Assembly (NCBI RefSeq): GCF_001194135.2
Contig: NC_068984.1
Span: 82,033,949-82,097,862 of the forward strand
DNA from: Octopus bimaculoides
Lineage: Eukaryota
Direction: 5' to 3'
Length of the DNA: 63,914 nt
The translations under genes were made by a program, and so were the position numbers. The notes under the pieces were generated by a model. The model was not told where the DNA came from. It made no database searches and saw only the letters and a list, made by a program, of their open reading frames with translations. This document shows positions 49,401 to 62,100 of the stretch, one piece after another; the first letter of the stretch is position 1; each line of letters begins with the position of its first letter.

Positions 49401-51634
49401 CAGACTGGGCTGTGTGTGATGTTCTTAAGCAAGACACTTTATTTTACATTGCTCCAGTTCACCCAGTTGTAGAAATGAGTTGCAACATTACTGGTGCCAA
49501 GTTGTATTGGTCTTTGCCTTTCCCTTGGATAACATCAGTGGCATGGAGAGGGGAAGCTGATATGCATGGGCAACTGCTGGTCTTCTTTAAGCAAACTTGC
49601 CCAGACTTGTGCCTCGGAGGGAAACTTTCTAAGTTCAATCCCATGATCATTCATGACTGAAGGGAGTTTTCCTCTGGTTGATGGCAACATTCCTAAAAGA
49701 CTTGGTACATATTTTCCATACCTAGGCAAACTTTGTTATATATAAAACTAAGTATCCTCCTCAGACATAAAACAAAATGTGTCCAGTGAATATGAACGAG
49801 TCTTTTTATTTTCTCATATATCAGGCATGGCTGTGTTTTTAAGAAGTTCACTTCTCAATGTTATGGTTCCAAGTTCAATTCTTGAGTGTTTTCTTCCCCA
49901 GCCTCAGGTTGATGAATGATGTTGGAGTGAAATTATGTTGATGTAAACTTTGAAAGTCCATCATATTCATCTGTGTGTGTGTGTGTGTGCTTATAACTTT
50001 CACTTACACATGTCCCCAAAAGATATAAAAGTTGGTGAGAAAAGTAAAAAAAAATAACTTGTGTGGTTATTTTGTGTTGCTTGCAGAGACAATCCCTTGT
50101 ACCTCTCACCATAAAAAATACAGTGAATCAGTAGTTTTTCCCATTGTAAATCAATGAGGTTAAATTCATTTTTATTATTGTATTCATTTTTTTTTCAGAC
50201 TTTTTCAAGCCTTTTCTTTTTTTCTGTAATTCTTATGTTCTATATTTTATGCAGTTTTACTCTCCTCTATTCAAGTTTTTTTTTTGTTTGCCTTCTAAAA
50301 TAGAATGTCCCTGAAGACAACATATATATAAAAGTAGTACCTATTTGATTGTCAATCTCTCTTTCAGCTTGTACAACTCTCAATGGTATTTGTACACAAT
50401 ACAATACTATAACTACCTGTCTGCCTAATAATGTTTTCTGTTTTTATATGATTTTTTTCTTTTTTTGTACAGGGCCAGAAATTTGCACTGCCAGACCAAT
50501 CACACAGTAAGTAATTTTACAATAACTACTGTTTTTGTTCTCCAGACAATTCACATAGTTGTTACCTTACTGTAACTACTGTTTTTTAATCCCCAAGGTA
50601 AAACTTGACCTTGTCTTATTTTTTCCTGCCTGATAAGTACTTTCAGTACTTTAAAGTTGACAGGGCCAGCAATAGAAAGGGTTATTCTCCTTTTTTCAAC
50701 TTGAATGAAATTTAATATACAGTGTGAGTGGTGACATGATCTAGCCACAATGTTTTTTTTGTTTTTTTTGTAATTCATAACTAACAAAGTTGGGACATAG
50801 GCCAAGAAAAACCTGGAGGAATATAGTTAAATCAGATTAAAGAACTAAATTATTTAGATAAGCTGTTATGAAGAGCCTTATTATTTATTATCAGAATGAA
50901 TGGTAAATCATCAATGAATGTGAAACAATTGACTTTGAGGAAACTAAAAGTGGAATGAATTATTTTTCTGTGTGGGATAGAAATATTGATGAATTATCCT
51001 GCTTGAAATGTTAGGCTTCTCTTCCTCACAGCAAAATAATTTATTCTACTTAAAAAACTTTTACGAATATATTATATTTTATATTGTCATATGACACCTC
51101 CATCTTTTATGCTGACTTACCATGTTCTATGTATTTCACTCCATTCACTTTGTTTTAAAACTCATTTCCTCTTTGTTTTCTCTTATTTATTTTCCATCTT
51201 TCTCTTTAGATTTCTTTTTTATTTCTCTTCCATCCCACTACTGAGGAGGGTGAGTAGGTAATTTTTCTTTGTGAGTAAATTTAACTTTTTTCTTTCAGCA
51301 CCCTCACCTAGGAATGCCATACTTCATGGTACCAATGCTCAGAAGAGGCAACAACAGGAGAAGGTAATTAGTTTCCATCTTAGTGTTCTATTATATAATC
51401 CCATTCCCATTGGGGAATATTAAATCAGCTCTCAGCATTTGACTGATTCTTTATTTATTTGACCTTGAAAGAGGTAACTGATGGATAACTTATGGATATG
51501 ATTTAAAGTTTGATATATTAGAATGAGCTATTTCAAACCTGGCTATAATTAGTTACTTTTGATTAATGACTCTAGACATTTCAATGGAAGGATTGGAAGA
51601 TTGAGATTACTTAATATTTTAGAAAGACAATTGC

Positions 51635-51670
<36 letters not shown>

Positions 51671-53153
51671 GTGTGTACCCTTGTGTAGACATCATGTGAT
51701 GGTCGTAAGTGAGCATCATTGTCAAATAAGTGTGAGTGTTCATTTCCAGTCTTTCATAAAAATCATGTCTGACCCCAGAGAAATATTATCATGTTTGGAA
51801 ACAGGTGAAGGTTGGTGAATCCAGCTGAAGAATGTCTACTTCAACAAATTCCGCTTGTTCTGTGCAAGCATGGAAAATTAGGTGTTAAATGATGATGGTG
51901 ATGATGATGTTTTTGAACCCAGCATTAAGAAGACTACCACTAATTACATTTTTTATGTACTCTGATGTGACAGACAACTTACATGAATAGATATTCACTT
52001 TCATTTGTATGTTATTTTGTTTTTGAAGACTATGATATTTTAAGAATTATTTACTTTATTTCTTTATTCATGTCTTTTCAGGAATATCTTTTACACATTC
52101 AGAAAATAGCAGAGGAAAATTTCCAGGAAAGGCAGAAACTATACCGAGAAGTATATTTAATTATTATAAATTACATACAACAAACATTCAGTATTCAAAG
52201 AATTATATTTAGAACATATGCAATCTTGCTGTGGAATAAATCATAAAGAGTGACGTACCCTAAATACTTGGGAAAATGGTATAAATGATTGAAAAATTGG
52301 TTTCATTGTTATTATCTTGAATAGCGAATGCAGTGTGGAAGATATAAGTTAGCCATTGAGAAACACACAAAGACTGTTAACTTCACTTAAACATTTATTT
52401 GTAATATGGTGTCAAAATTTTCATACTATAGCGCCAGGCCAACCAAAACATTGTCTATGAATTTGGTAAACAGCTATTGAAAGAAGCCTGTTTTGTGTGT
52501 GTTTGTGTGCATGCACGTGTGTGCCTGTGTTTGTATGTGTGTGTGTGTGTGTGTGTGCGCGTATGTGTGCACGCACATGCATGCATGTGTTTGTGTGAGT
52601 GAGTTCATATTTACTTCACCTTTACATGTATTTGCACACTTGTTGTAAACAATGGTTTCTCTGACAGTGTTGTTTGCTTATAGTCTGTCACAAAAAGACA
52701 TGCAGACTCCTTGACACATTGACATATTTTGACATGTTGCCTGATCTTTGTAAACAAAAAGCTCATTTACATGGTGTTGTTTGTTTCCATTTCTCCACAT
52801 ACACATGTCCAGGCTGCTTGTTGTTCAGTAGTCTGGCAGACTGTTACTTTGCCAAGAAACAAGTGGGGTTGGCAATAGAAAGGACATTTGACTGTTGAAA
52901 ACTTTTCCCCAACTTGCTCTCATCTGACCAATGCAAGCATGGAAAAGTAGATGTTAAACCGATGCTGAGTCAGGAGAAAGTACTGCACCCGCACCCTTTG
53001 CAGACCCTCCAAAACTTCTGAGATTGATATAAATAAGGTTCATCTTGAGCAGCTATAAGTTGACAGCTTAAACTCCTTTTAAAGTGGAGAGTTAGAAATA
53101 TATTGTATATCACCATCGTTGTTACCTCTGGTTTTATTAAAACATATTTCTCT

Positions 53154-53188
<35 letters not shown>

Positions 53189-56100
53189 AATAATAATAAT
53201 AATGATAATAATAATAATGATGATGACCATAAAACTTTTGGCCAGACCTAACTAATTAGTTCTATTTATAAAATTAAAACCCCACAAAACAACAGTCATC
53301 ATCCACATGAAAATCTATAGTTAAGTATAGTTGAATATATTTAACATAGATCATCAAAAATCTATTAGAATTACTCATGTGGAGAAGTTTTATAAGATTG
53401 AAACATATCTGGAGTTGTATCTCATACTTAAAATTATTAAAATATTAGTAATTTGTCAGTTACTGAATAGTCTATCCTGCTAGTGCTAAATGACTAACAG
53501 ATAAAATAACAAGCCCATTATAGTACCTAGTTAGAGGAGCTGGACTGGCTGGTGAACTTTAGTGGTTGTGACAACGCAGTTACCTAGCATGTAATAGATA
53601 TATGATTTGTGTTCCATCAATAAACCGTATTTTTTCTGTCTCAAAATGTCTAAGTTAATTGCTGTGTTTGATTTATGGAAAATATGGTTTTACTGGAAAG
53701 AAAACAACAGACTTAAACCTGTTTTTAATGTTGTATCCAAATGCTTAACCCATTTCAGAAACACAAATATTAGTCTCATAGGTTAACTAATCTTGTCCAA
53801 AATATTCTAGAATTATTAGCAGGAAATTTATTTATATTTCCCTAGATGATGTAACTTGCTAAGATTTTTTTTCTTTTTCATGTTTGAATTATTGTTCAAA
53901 TCTTTATTTTCTTTGATTTTTCCAGCAAAAATCAAATTTGAAACTAAAAGAGTAAGTATATTTAATCTTTTTATATTTTTCTGACTTTAAATTTAATTTA
54001 TTACTTCTTGACTGATAAGATAGTTCCATAAAATATAAATATATATGCTTAATTTACTGTTGATTTCATAAACATGAAATCAGTAACTTTCATTCTAAAG
54101 TATACCCTAGATATGAATGTTGAAATATGAACAGAAGTTTCTTGAAATAGGAAACATCCCTAAATATTATGGTTTAAAGAAGTATTGTAGATGGCAGAGG
54201 TTCTAATAAAGTCCTGTTCCAAAATACCACAACCTACATGACATAGTGGTATTACTGTCCTGTTGTAGCATTAAGTGGATGAGTGATAAATAAATATCCA
54301 CCTGGATAGAATGCTAGCATACTGTTGATAGATATTAACCACAGGTAGAACTGAACTCTGCACTGCTCTGCAAACTAAGGAATCACTTATCCAATCAACA
54401 GTGTTGCCATTATTGGGAGCTGTAAGTTATTCGTAGTCTTTCTCTTTGACTCTTCAAACTATCAACCACACTAACTAAAAGAGTAAGTATATTTAATTTT
54501 TTTTAATATTTTTCTGACTTTAAATTTAGTTTATTATTTCTTGACTGATAAGATGGTTTCACAAAATGTATCTAACTTGCTTCTGCCTTCTACTCTAAGT
54601 GCAGTTTTCACAAACCGTGAACATTTCGCTTTAGAAAAAGAACAGTGTTATTAGATATAATTTTGTTAATTTATCCTTGCATATGAACATACATAACTAT
54701 ATTTTCAGGCCTAAACCATCACCGAAATCTGTGACACAAGTATTGAGAGAGATTGGAGTTGAAGAGAAACCACGTTTGGAGATCTCAAAGGAGTACGTAA
54801 TGCACAACCAATAGATTTTTAATCTGGTTTTATTATTTTAATAAAAGGTCATACATTAGTTATATTGAATTACATAGATCAGGATAAGATACTGGACTAT
54901 TAACCTCAATGTCAAGTTCCAGGAGAGATAAAATATTTTATCATCCATCAATTTTCTGAGTGTCATTGTGCCTTTCATCCATCTAAGATCAATAATATAA
55001 GTTCCAGGCATGGACTGGAATCAAGTTAATCCCATATCCCCCTCCACTCACCACCCTTGCTATAAATCTGTGATCTTCTTTTAATCTGAAACATGATTAT
55101 TTCTCTCATTATCATCTTTAAGGAATCATATGTAAGTATCCACCGAAAAGTGAAAATTTACTGGGGTGTTTTTTAACATTTAATGGTAACTTATCATCCT
55201 GATGTTAATTCAGTCTTGTTAGTTACGTTAATAAACAGCCAAAGGCTAGCTTCTACCTGGTCACTGCCTGTTGATGCTAAAACCCCTCATCTCTTTTATA
55301 TTTTTAATAAGTTTCCTGAAACAGAGCTGACTTGAAATCTTGGTGCTATTGGGGACAACTCAAGTACAGGAACAACAAAAGATGCTAGAAAACATATCAG
55401 CGTCCTGTTAGGCTGGCACTTCACTATCAAATCATTCTTTTACTTCTCTTCCTTTACTACTGCCTAATAAGTAGAGTATAAAAGAGGGTTATTGTTTTAC
55501 TCAGAGTTTATCAAGGCATCGATGAGAGTCTATAAAATTTAACAAGATTTACTCGTTGCAGTTTATATTGTAGATGTTTTTGTTACAGCCACATGCTCTT
55601 CCCTACATGCTGCCAATTTCTCAACTGTGAAATTATTATCTATTTTTGAGCTAAGGAGAGAGAGAGAGACAGATATATTGTAATATGCCTTGCCCAAGCA
55701 CAAAGCTGACTGACTAGCTGAGTTTGAATTTGTGACATTTCCATCCAGTGATTTGACCCAATTTATTAGTATTCCATTTCACTTAATTATTAATAATCCT
55801 TAAGAAAGCATAAACATTACATGATGCCACCTTTCCTCCCTTACAAATCAGGATAAGAAATTTTAACGTAAAATTAATTATATGCACAGGCATGAGTGTG
55901 TGGTAAGAAATTTGCTTTTCAAACACTTGGTTTTAGAGTTCATTCTCACTGCATGGCAACCTTGGGCCAAACAAAGCCTTCTGAGTGAATTTGGTAGACA
56001 GAAACTGAAAGAAGCTCTTTGTATGTTTGTTTCTTTGTGTTTGTCTTTGTCCCCAACCACTGCTTGACAATTGGTGTTGGTTTGTTTATATCCCAGTAAC

Positions 56101-59100
56101 TTAGCAGTTCAGGAAATAGAGACCTATAAAATAGGTACTAGACTACTGAGGTCAATGTCTTTGACTAAATAACTCAAGGTAGTGCCCCAGCAAGGCCACA
56201 GTCCAAAGACTGAAACAAGTAATAGATAAAGATAACTTCAAACCAATTTTAACATTATCTTAACAGATTTGTTTTCTATTTCTAGGGATGTTGTCTTAAG
56301 AGCTAATAAAGATGAGAAAAAGGTAAGTCAGATGTGAGACTGTCTCTTATCATTCAACCACAGTAGTGGTTGAATATATTCTTAAGTCTGCCATTTCATC
56401 AATCGCAGGAGCTTCCAAGCTTCACCACTAATTCAGTTCTCAACTAAATTGCAAATTGTTAATAGTTTTAAAGAGGACACCTCCTCAACTACACTTTGGC
56501 ATAAATAGTTTGAGATTTGGTTCAGTAGAAAAAAAGTTACATCAAAATATGTCAGACCTCAAGGGGGTATTCAAATCAAGGTCATCTTTGCCTTTCATCC
56601 TTCCTAGATTGATAAAATAGAGTACCAGTTTAATACTGGGATTGATTTAATTGACTGCCTCCACTCTTCAAATTTGCGACCTTGTGCCTGCCTGTATTTG
56701 AAAGAATTATTTGCAAATGTAATTCCTCCTTGGATGATAAAAAGTGTTTTGTGCCAAACAATTTTCTCTTATAATTCCATTCACATCTAAGATGTATTGT
56801 AAGATTCCAATACTTATTTTATCAACTGCTCCCCATCCTTCAAAGGATGACAGGTAAAGACTTTGATGGGATATGAACTCAGAATGTAAGAGGCTTTAAC
56901 TAAATACTGCAATGCATTTTGTTCAATTCTGACAATCTACTCACTTTTATTTAGTGATCTCTCCTAACACACTAGTCTCTCTACCATCATATTGGCACTA
57001 TCCTACTTATCATTATAAGTAGTAAATACCAGTACAAAAGAATTTCTTAACAATGTGATCTTTCTCTAACATGCTGGTCTCCTCTTAGAAACTAGTCTCC
57101 ATAATAACATCTGTATCATATTTCTATCTTCTAATGTAAATTTATTCACCATTGTTTATTAGTATTATTGAATGAAGTTGTTGTTGTTCAGTCTTGATTA
57201 AGCAAACCTACAATTAGACATTTATACTGTGAGCATCGCTTCTTTTATTCAGATATAGTGTATATCTAGGACTACATCATTCAGTGTGCCCTTCTTTTTA
57301 AGATGGTATAGTGTGATTTTAGGGAGATTTGGCTACTATTTTTAACAAGTTGAGCAACTACATAAAGTCTTAAAACTAAACACTGGTGTTAATGTAATCA
57401 ATTATAGCCATCTTGTACAATTTATTGGCCTCTATCCATGTTAGAAATCTGTAATATTTAATTGGAGAGAATGCATTGTCTTTAACCAAACAAAATGGAA
57501 AGATTGAGTTCATTCAGTTCAAATCTCTAGGGAAATGGGATAATTCTAGAAAATTGCAGTGTTGGGGAAGAATGATTGGGTATAGTCTAATATTTGATGA
57601 AGAAGGCACAGCTGGGATGACAAGTAGCCTTCAAAAGAAGTAGTACACAAGTTAGTTGTCATGAGCAGTTGCTGTTGTGGTAGTTGTAGAAGAAACTAGG
57701 AGAAGAAATAATTCATCTGTGGTTTATTTTTATTTCAAAGTCAAGTAAGATTTTAATAAAATTGAAGTGCTTTTGTTGAAATTATATTAAATCTATGTAT
57801 GTGTTATTTTCTTCTCTCAATCCACTCAGCCTCAAGATCCATCCCGAGCTCCTCCTCGTTTACGATGGAGTCAAAAAGAAACTGTGCACTTAGAAAACCT
57901 CCCCCTCGAAGATCCCCTCGCAGGTAAACTCTTTCGGGTTTTTTCTTTTTTGTTGTTGCTACAAGAAAGTGCATTTCTCTGTATGTTTCTGAAAAACTTA
58001 GATGATACTAATTACATGTGAGTTAATAACATTGCAAAACGTAGATAATATTACAGTACTTACTCCACTTTTATGATATTGCAAAATCCCTGCACTTTGT
58101 TGAGGAAGCGGAACATGCTACCTTAAAAGTTGAACTGAAGTTCAATACCAGAAAAACAGGCTTAATGCAGATAGTAACAACAAGAATCCTATTAAACTAG
58201 ACAGAAAGCCAATTTAACAGATGGAGCATTTGAAGTTTCTTGGTTTATACATAACAACTTGTAGTAACAGCATACATAAAATAAAAGTATAACAAGGCAT
58301 GGCCAGATAAACCTCTATACAACCTATGAAAGTCAAATCACTTATGAGAAGTATTGATATGTAGGGTTGTGAGAACTGGGCTCTGAAGGAAAGTGATGAG
58401 CACATGTTAGATGCATTTGAGCTATGGTTATGGCAAAGAATTCTGCATATCAGCTGTACATCAGAATATAGAGCCAATAAATGGATCTATGAAAAGATTA
58501 AAATACCAGACAGCAACAGTCTATTAGTATAAATCAAGAAGAGGAAAATATCAAAGTATGGATCCTGAAACCACCAACTAGTAATGTAGACTGGTGAAAG
58601 AGATGGAGGAGGAAATTCCAAAGGGAAATAAGTTGTATGAATGATATTATCTACTGGACTCAGGATGGTCTTGTACTGTGCCTGCAAAAACATATGCAGA
58701 GCATCAACAGCCCTAGATTTATTATTATCAGTATTACTTTACAGAAACATTTGAATTTCTGGAAACACTCAACATTACCACATCACTATTACTAATTTTT
58801 GAAATCTTCATCAAAATTGTTATATACATGATACAAACAAGAGGAGATGTTTTTATGAAGAATATTTGTTAATACAAAGCCTACATGTCTTCTGTATGTT
58901 GAGGGAGTGTAACAGAAACATTTTGCATTTATACTGAATCAATAACTGTAGTGTTAAGTTGTTTCTATAAGGTGTTTTAACAGATAAGGTTCATATGAAG
59001 ACATTACAATCAAACTCTAAGTGTGAGGGAAGTCATTACTTAAGGTGGCTGACAAAAAAATTTTATGATCCTATTTCACAGCAACAGCTGTTTTGTCTGC

Positions 59101-62100
59101 TTGTTTTGGAACATTTGCTCCCTAAAAACATTGAGATTTATTTAAGATTCCCTATTATATTTTCACCTTTACTTCTAATATATTCTTGTAAGTTAGCCTG
59201 TTTTCACCTTTTAGTAAAGTCAGTTGAAAAAAAGAAACTTCTCCATTTTAGAATCTGATGAAGTTGCAGTCTCTCAAGCTCGACAAAAATGGAAGTATCG
59301 AAATTCTGTCATTGAAATACTGGAGAATAAATCTTTAGTTGATCCAACACTGGTAATAACTGGTAGGTCTCTCACTCTGTCGTTCATGGTATATGAATAT
59401 ATATTTATTTGTATGTTACATTTAGACTAAGTCGTGCATTTGGATAATTTATTTTTCTCCATATTCATCACCCAATAATTTTTAGAGTCATTCAGTTATC
59501 AATTATCACAGGTTCCCTGAGGATCCAGTTGGGGTGACAGCTTGTATTGATAGGCCACAGCTTAATGGTCACAGCAGATGAGGAAGCATCTTACAGAGAT
59601 GGGAACTGACTGAAACACTGCTTTGAGGGTTGCACAGGACAATCCGAGCAGATACTTAACAACTGATGGATACAGCAATGCACTGCAATGGCACATGCCC
59701 TGTACCTGATCTGACCTTTTGTTATTGTTTACTCCCAAGTCAATTGTGATTAATCAGATCCATGATTAAAAATCCTTCTAATCATGATCATCCCACCTTT
59801 TTTCAAACATAGTGTATTCCAGACTATATCATCTAATATGTTCTTTTGAGAAAGTAGTGTAAAGTACAAGGACTAATTGGTTGTTGTCTTTGACAGGTTG
59901 AGCAGTCACAAATAACTCCTTGTCTCTGCTTTTGTAACATCTGTGTCCTTCATTATTCATGTATGTAGTCAGTAGTGTTTTCTTTCATTGCTGATTAACA
60001 TACATATGTAAGCACATAAGGGTGGATATCACTGCTAACTGAAACTGTTCCACCAGGATTCATAGGACATCCTTGTCAAGCTCTACAGAACTTCCAGGAC
60101 AAGGCTGTAGTTTCCGGCTCAGAATTTCTGGAACCACCTTTGACACTGACTTACGCTTACTATCTGATCCCCGTATACTGCATTAATATTCCTCGCACTT
60201 TCCGTTGTGTTGTTGCCTTTATTGAACTCATAAAGCAAAATATGCCGAATATGCTCCTTTGCCACTTCCATTATAGCTTTGAAAAATAACTGTTAAAATC
60301 AAACTGCACTCTTCAAAACTTGCACTAAGAATAAGGTAAAATTACTACCTACTTTTATAGCAAGTTAATGCAGGTAGTTTATCCCGTCCACCTCCGACTT
60401 TTCATACAATTTTTAAAAAACGCATTATTTATGGGATGACCCAATAGATAATACTTGACCAAGGTGCCATGCAGTAGAATTGACTCTGAAACCATATGGT
60501 TGTGAAGCAAATTTCTTAACTACATAATTCCTGCACTCTCTCACACACACACACACACACACATGTGCATATTTTCTTCAAGCTTTGATCTACTCCATTA
60601 TTTCTCAGAGTATCTAGTTATGTACAATCTTTCAACTGAAGAATCACATGTAGAAAGAAACTCTGAGTAGTGGCAAGGTGAATCATCAGCTTCAAATGGA
60701 TATATAAATTCTGCTGCATGTATTGAGTACATTTTGTATTGATTGCTTCCTGTCAATATTTCAGAAGAAGTTGCTGAGGACCTTCTTTCAAAGAATCAAG
60801 TATTAAGAAATCCTGTTCAAGGCTTGACTTCAGGAAATACACCAGTGACATCTGGCATAGTTCCACCAAACAGTTCCAAACCAAAAGCATTGAAGCAAGA
60901 AAGTGTTCCACAACCTGAGTCATTTTTTGTGCCTTTTGACAATGGTCCAGGAAATAACAATAAAACTGAGACCCCACCCAAAACTCAGAATACTAAATCT
61001 GTCAGTAATGCTGCTCCTGTTGAAAAACCAATCTCAAATGCAACATATCAAATTCCAAAGCGTGTAGAAGATAGTACTTTCTCTGGAAACAATTTACAAC
61101 CAATAAAACCATTAAAAGGTAATAGATTTATTATAAATTAAAAACAAAAAAACATCTATTTAAATATTTTTTTGTTTTATTTTGTAACAGTGTTATAAAA
61201 TATTCACTGTATCAACCAGACTATTGGACATTGTTATACACTACTGGTTACAATGCACTTCCTCGCATTGATGTAGCTTTTGTTTGGTGCCACCCCATTT
61301 GCTAGTCAGGAGGTCAACATTCCCCTTGGACAGAATGCCAGTCTGATGCAAGTTTACTCATTTACAGCTGTGTTGATTGGAGCAACATGAAATGAAGTAT
61401 TTTGCTCAATGGTCTGGGAATTGAAACCATGATCTTATAATCATAAATACAACACTCTAACCACTTGACCATGCACCTTCACTATAAGGTATTAAATGTT
61501 TTAAACAATGTTGGCAGATACTTACAACCTAATTACTGACACAGCTTCCCAGCAGCTGAATAGTGTCATGTTGTTGATATAAGGTGACATTTTGTTTTCC
61601 TTTTTTGTTTGTCTTTGGTTTCAAAATTGAAAATATTGCTGAAATACTTGACATCTCTGACTGGCAATGTTATCTGCATGTTCTGGGTTAAAACAAAAAC
61701 TTTGACTTCCTATCCGTAACCAAGGAAACACTTAGAAGGAATTGGCATGTGCCACTGTCAAGAAATTGGTACAAGTATGTTTCTTAAGTCATTACAGTGC
61801 TAATGATAATGATAATTTGTATCATAAAACACAAAACTAAAATTGATTGAATTAACTCCTCTACTTGACTGGTATTTTATTGACCCAGGAAGAAAGAAAG
61901 GTAAAGATAACTTTTCCACTGCTCTACCAACCTTGTCAGCTAATGTTAATAATAATTTGTAAACACAAGGCCAGTGTTGATTGAATTGACTCTTCTTGAT
62001 TAGTATTTTATGGACCCAGTAAAAATGAAAGGTAAAGACAGCTTCAACACTGTTCTTCTAATATTGTTATTTGAACCTTAATGCTAATGATAATAATTTC

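Noticed and set aside
51210-51249. Possible poison exon with a strong GG|GTGAGT donor upstream of exon 21
   Set aside because: The downstream intron would be only 49 nt and the 'exon' is mostly pyrimidine tract; unsupported
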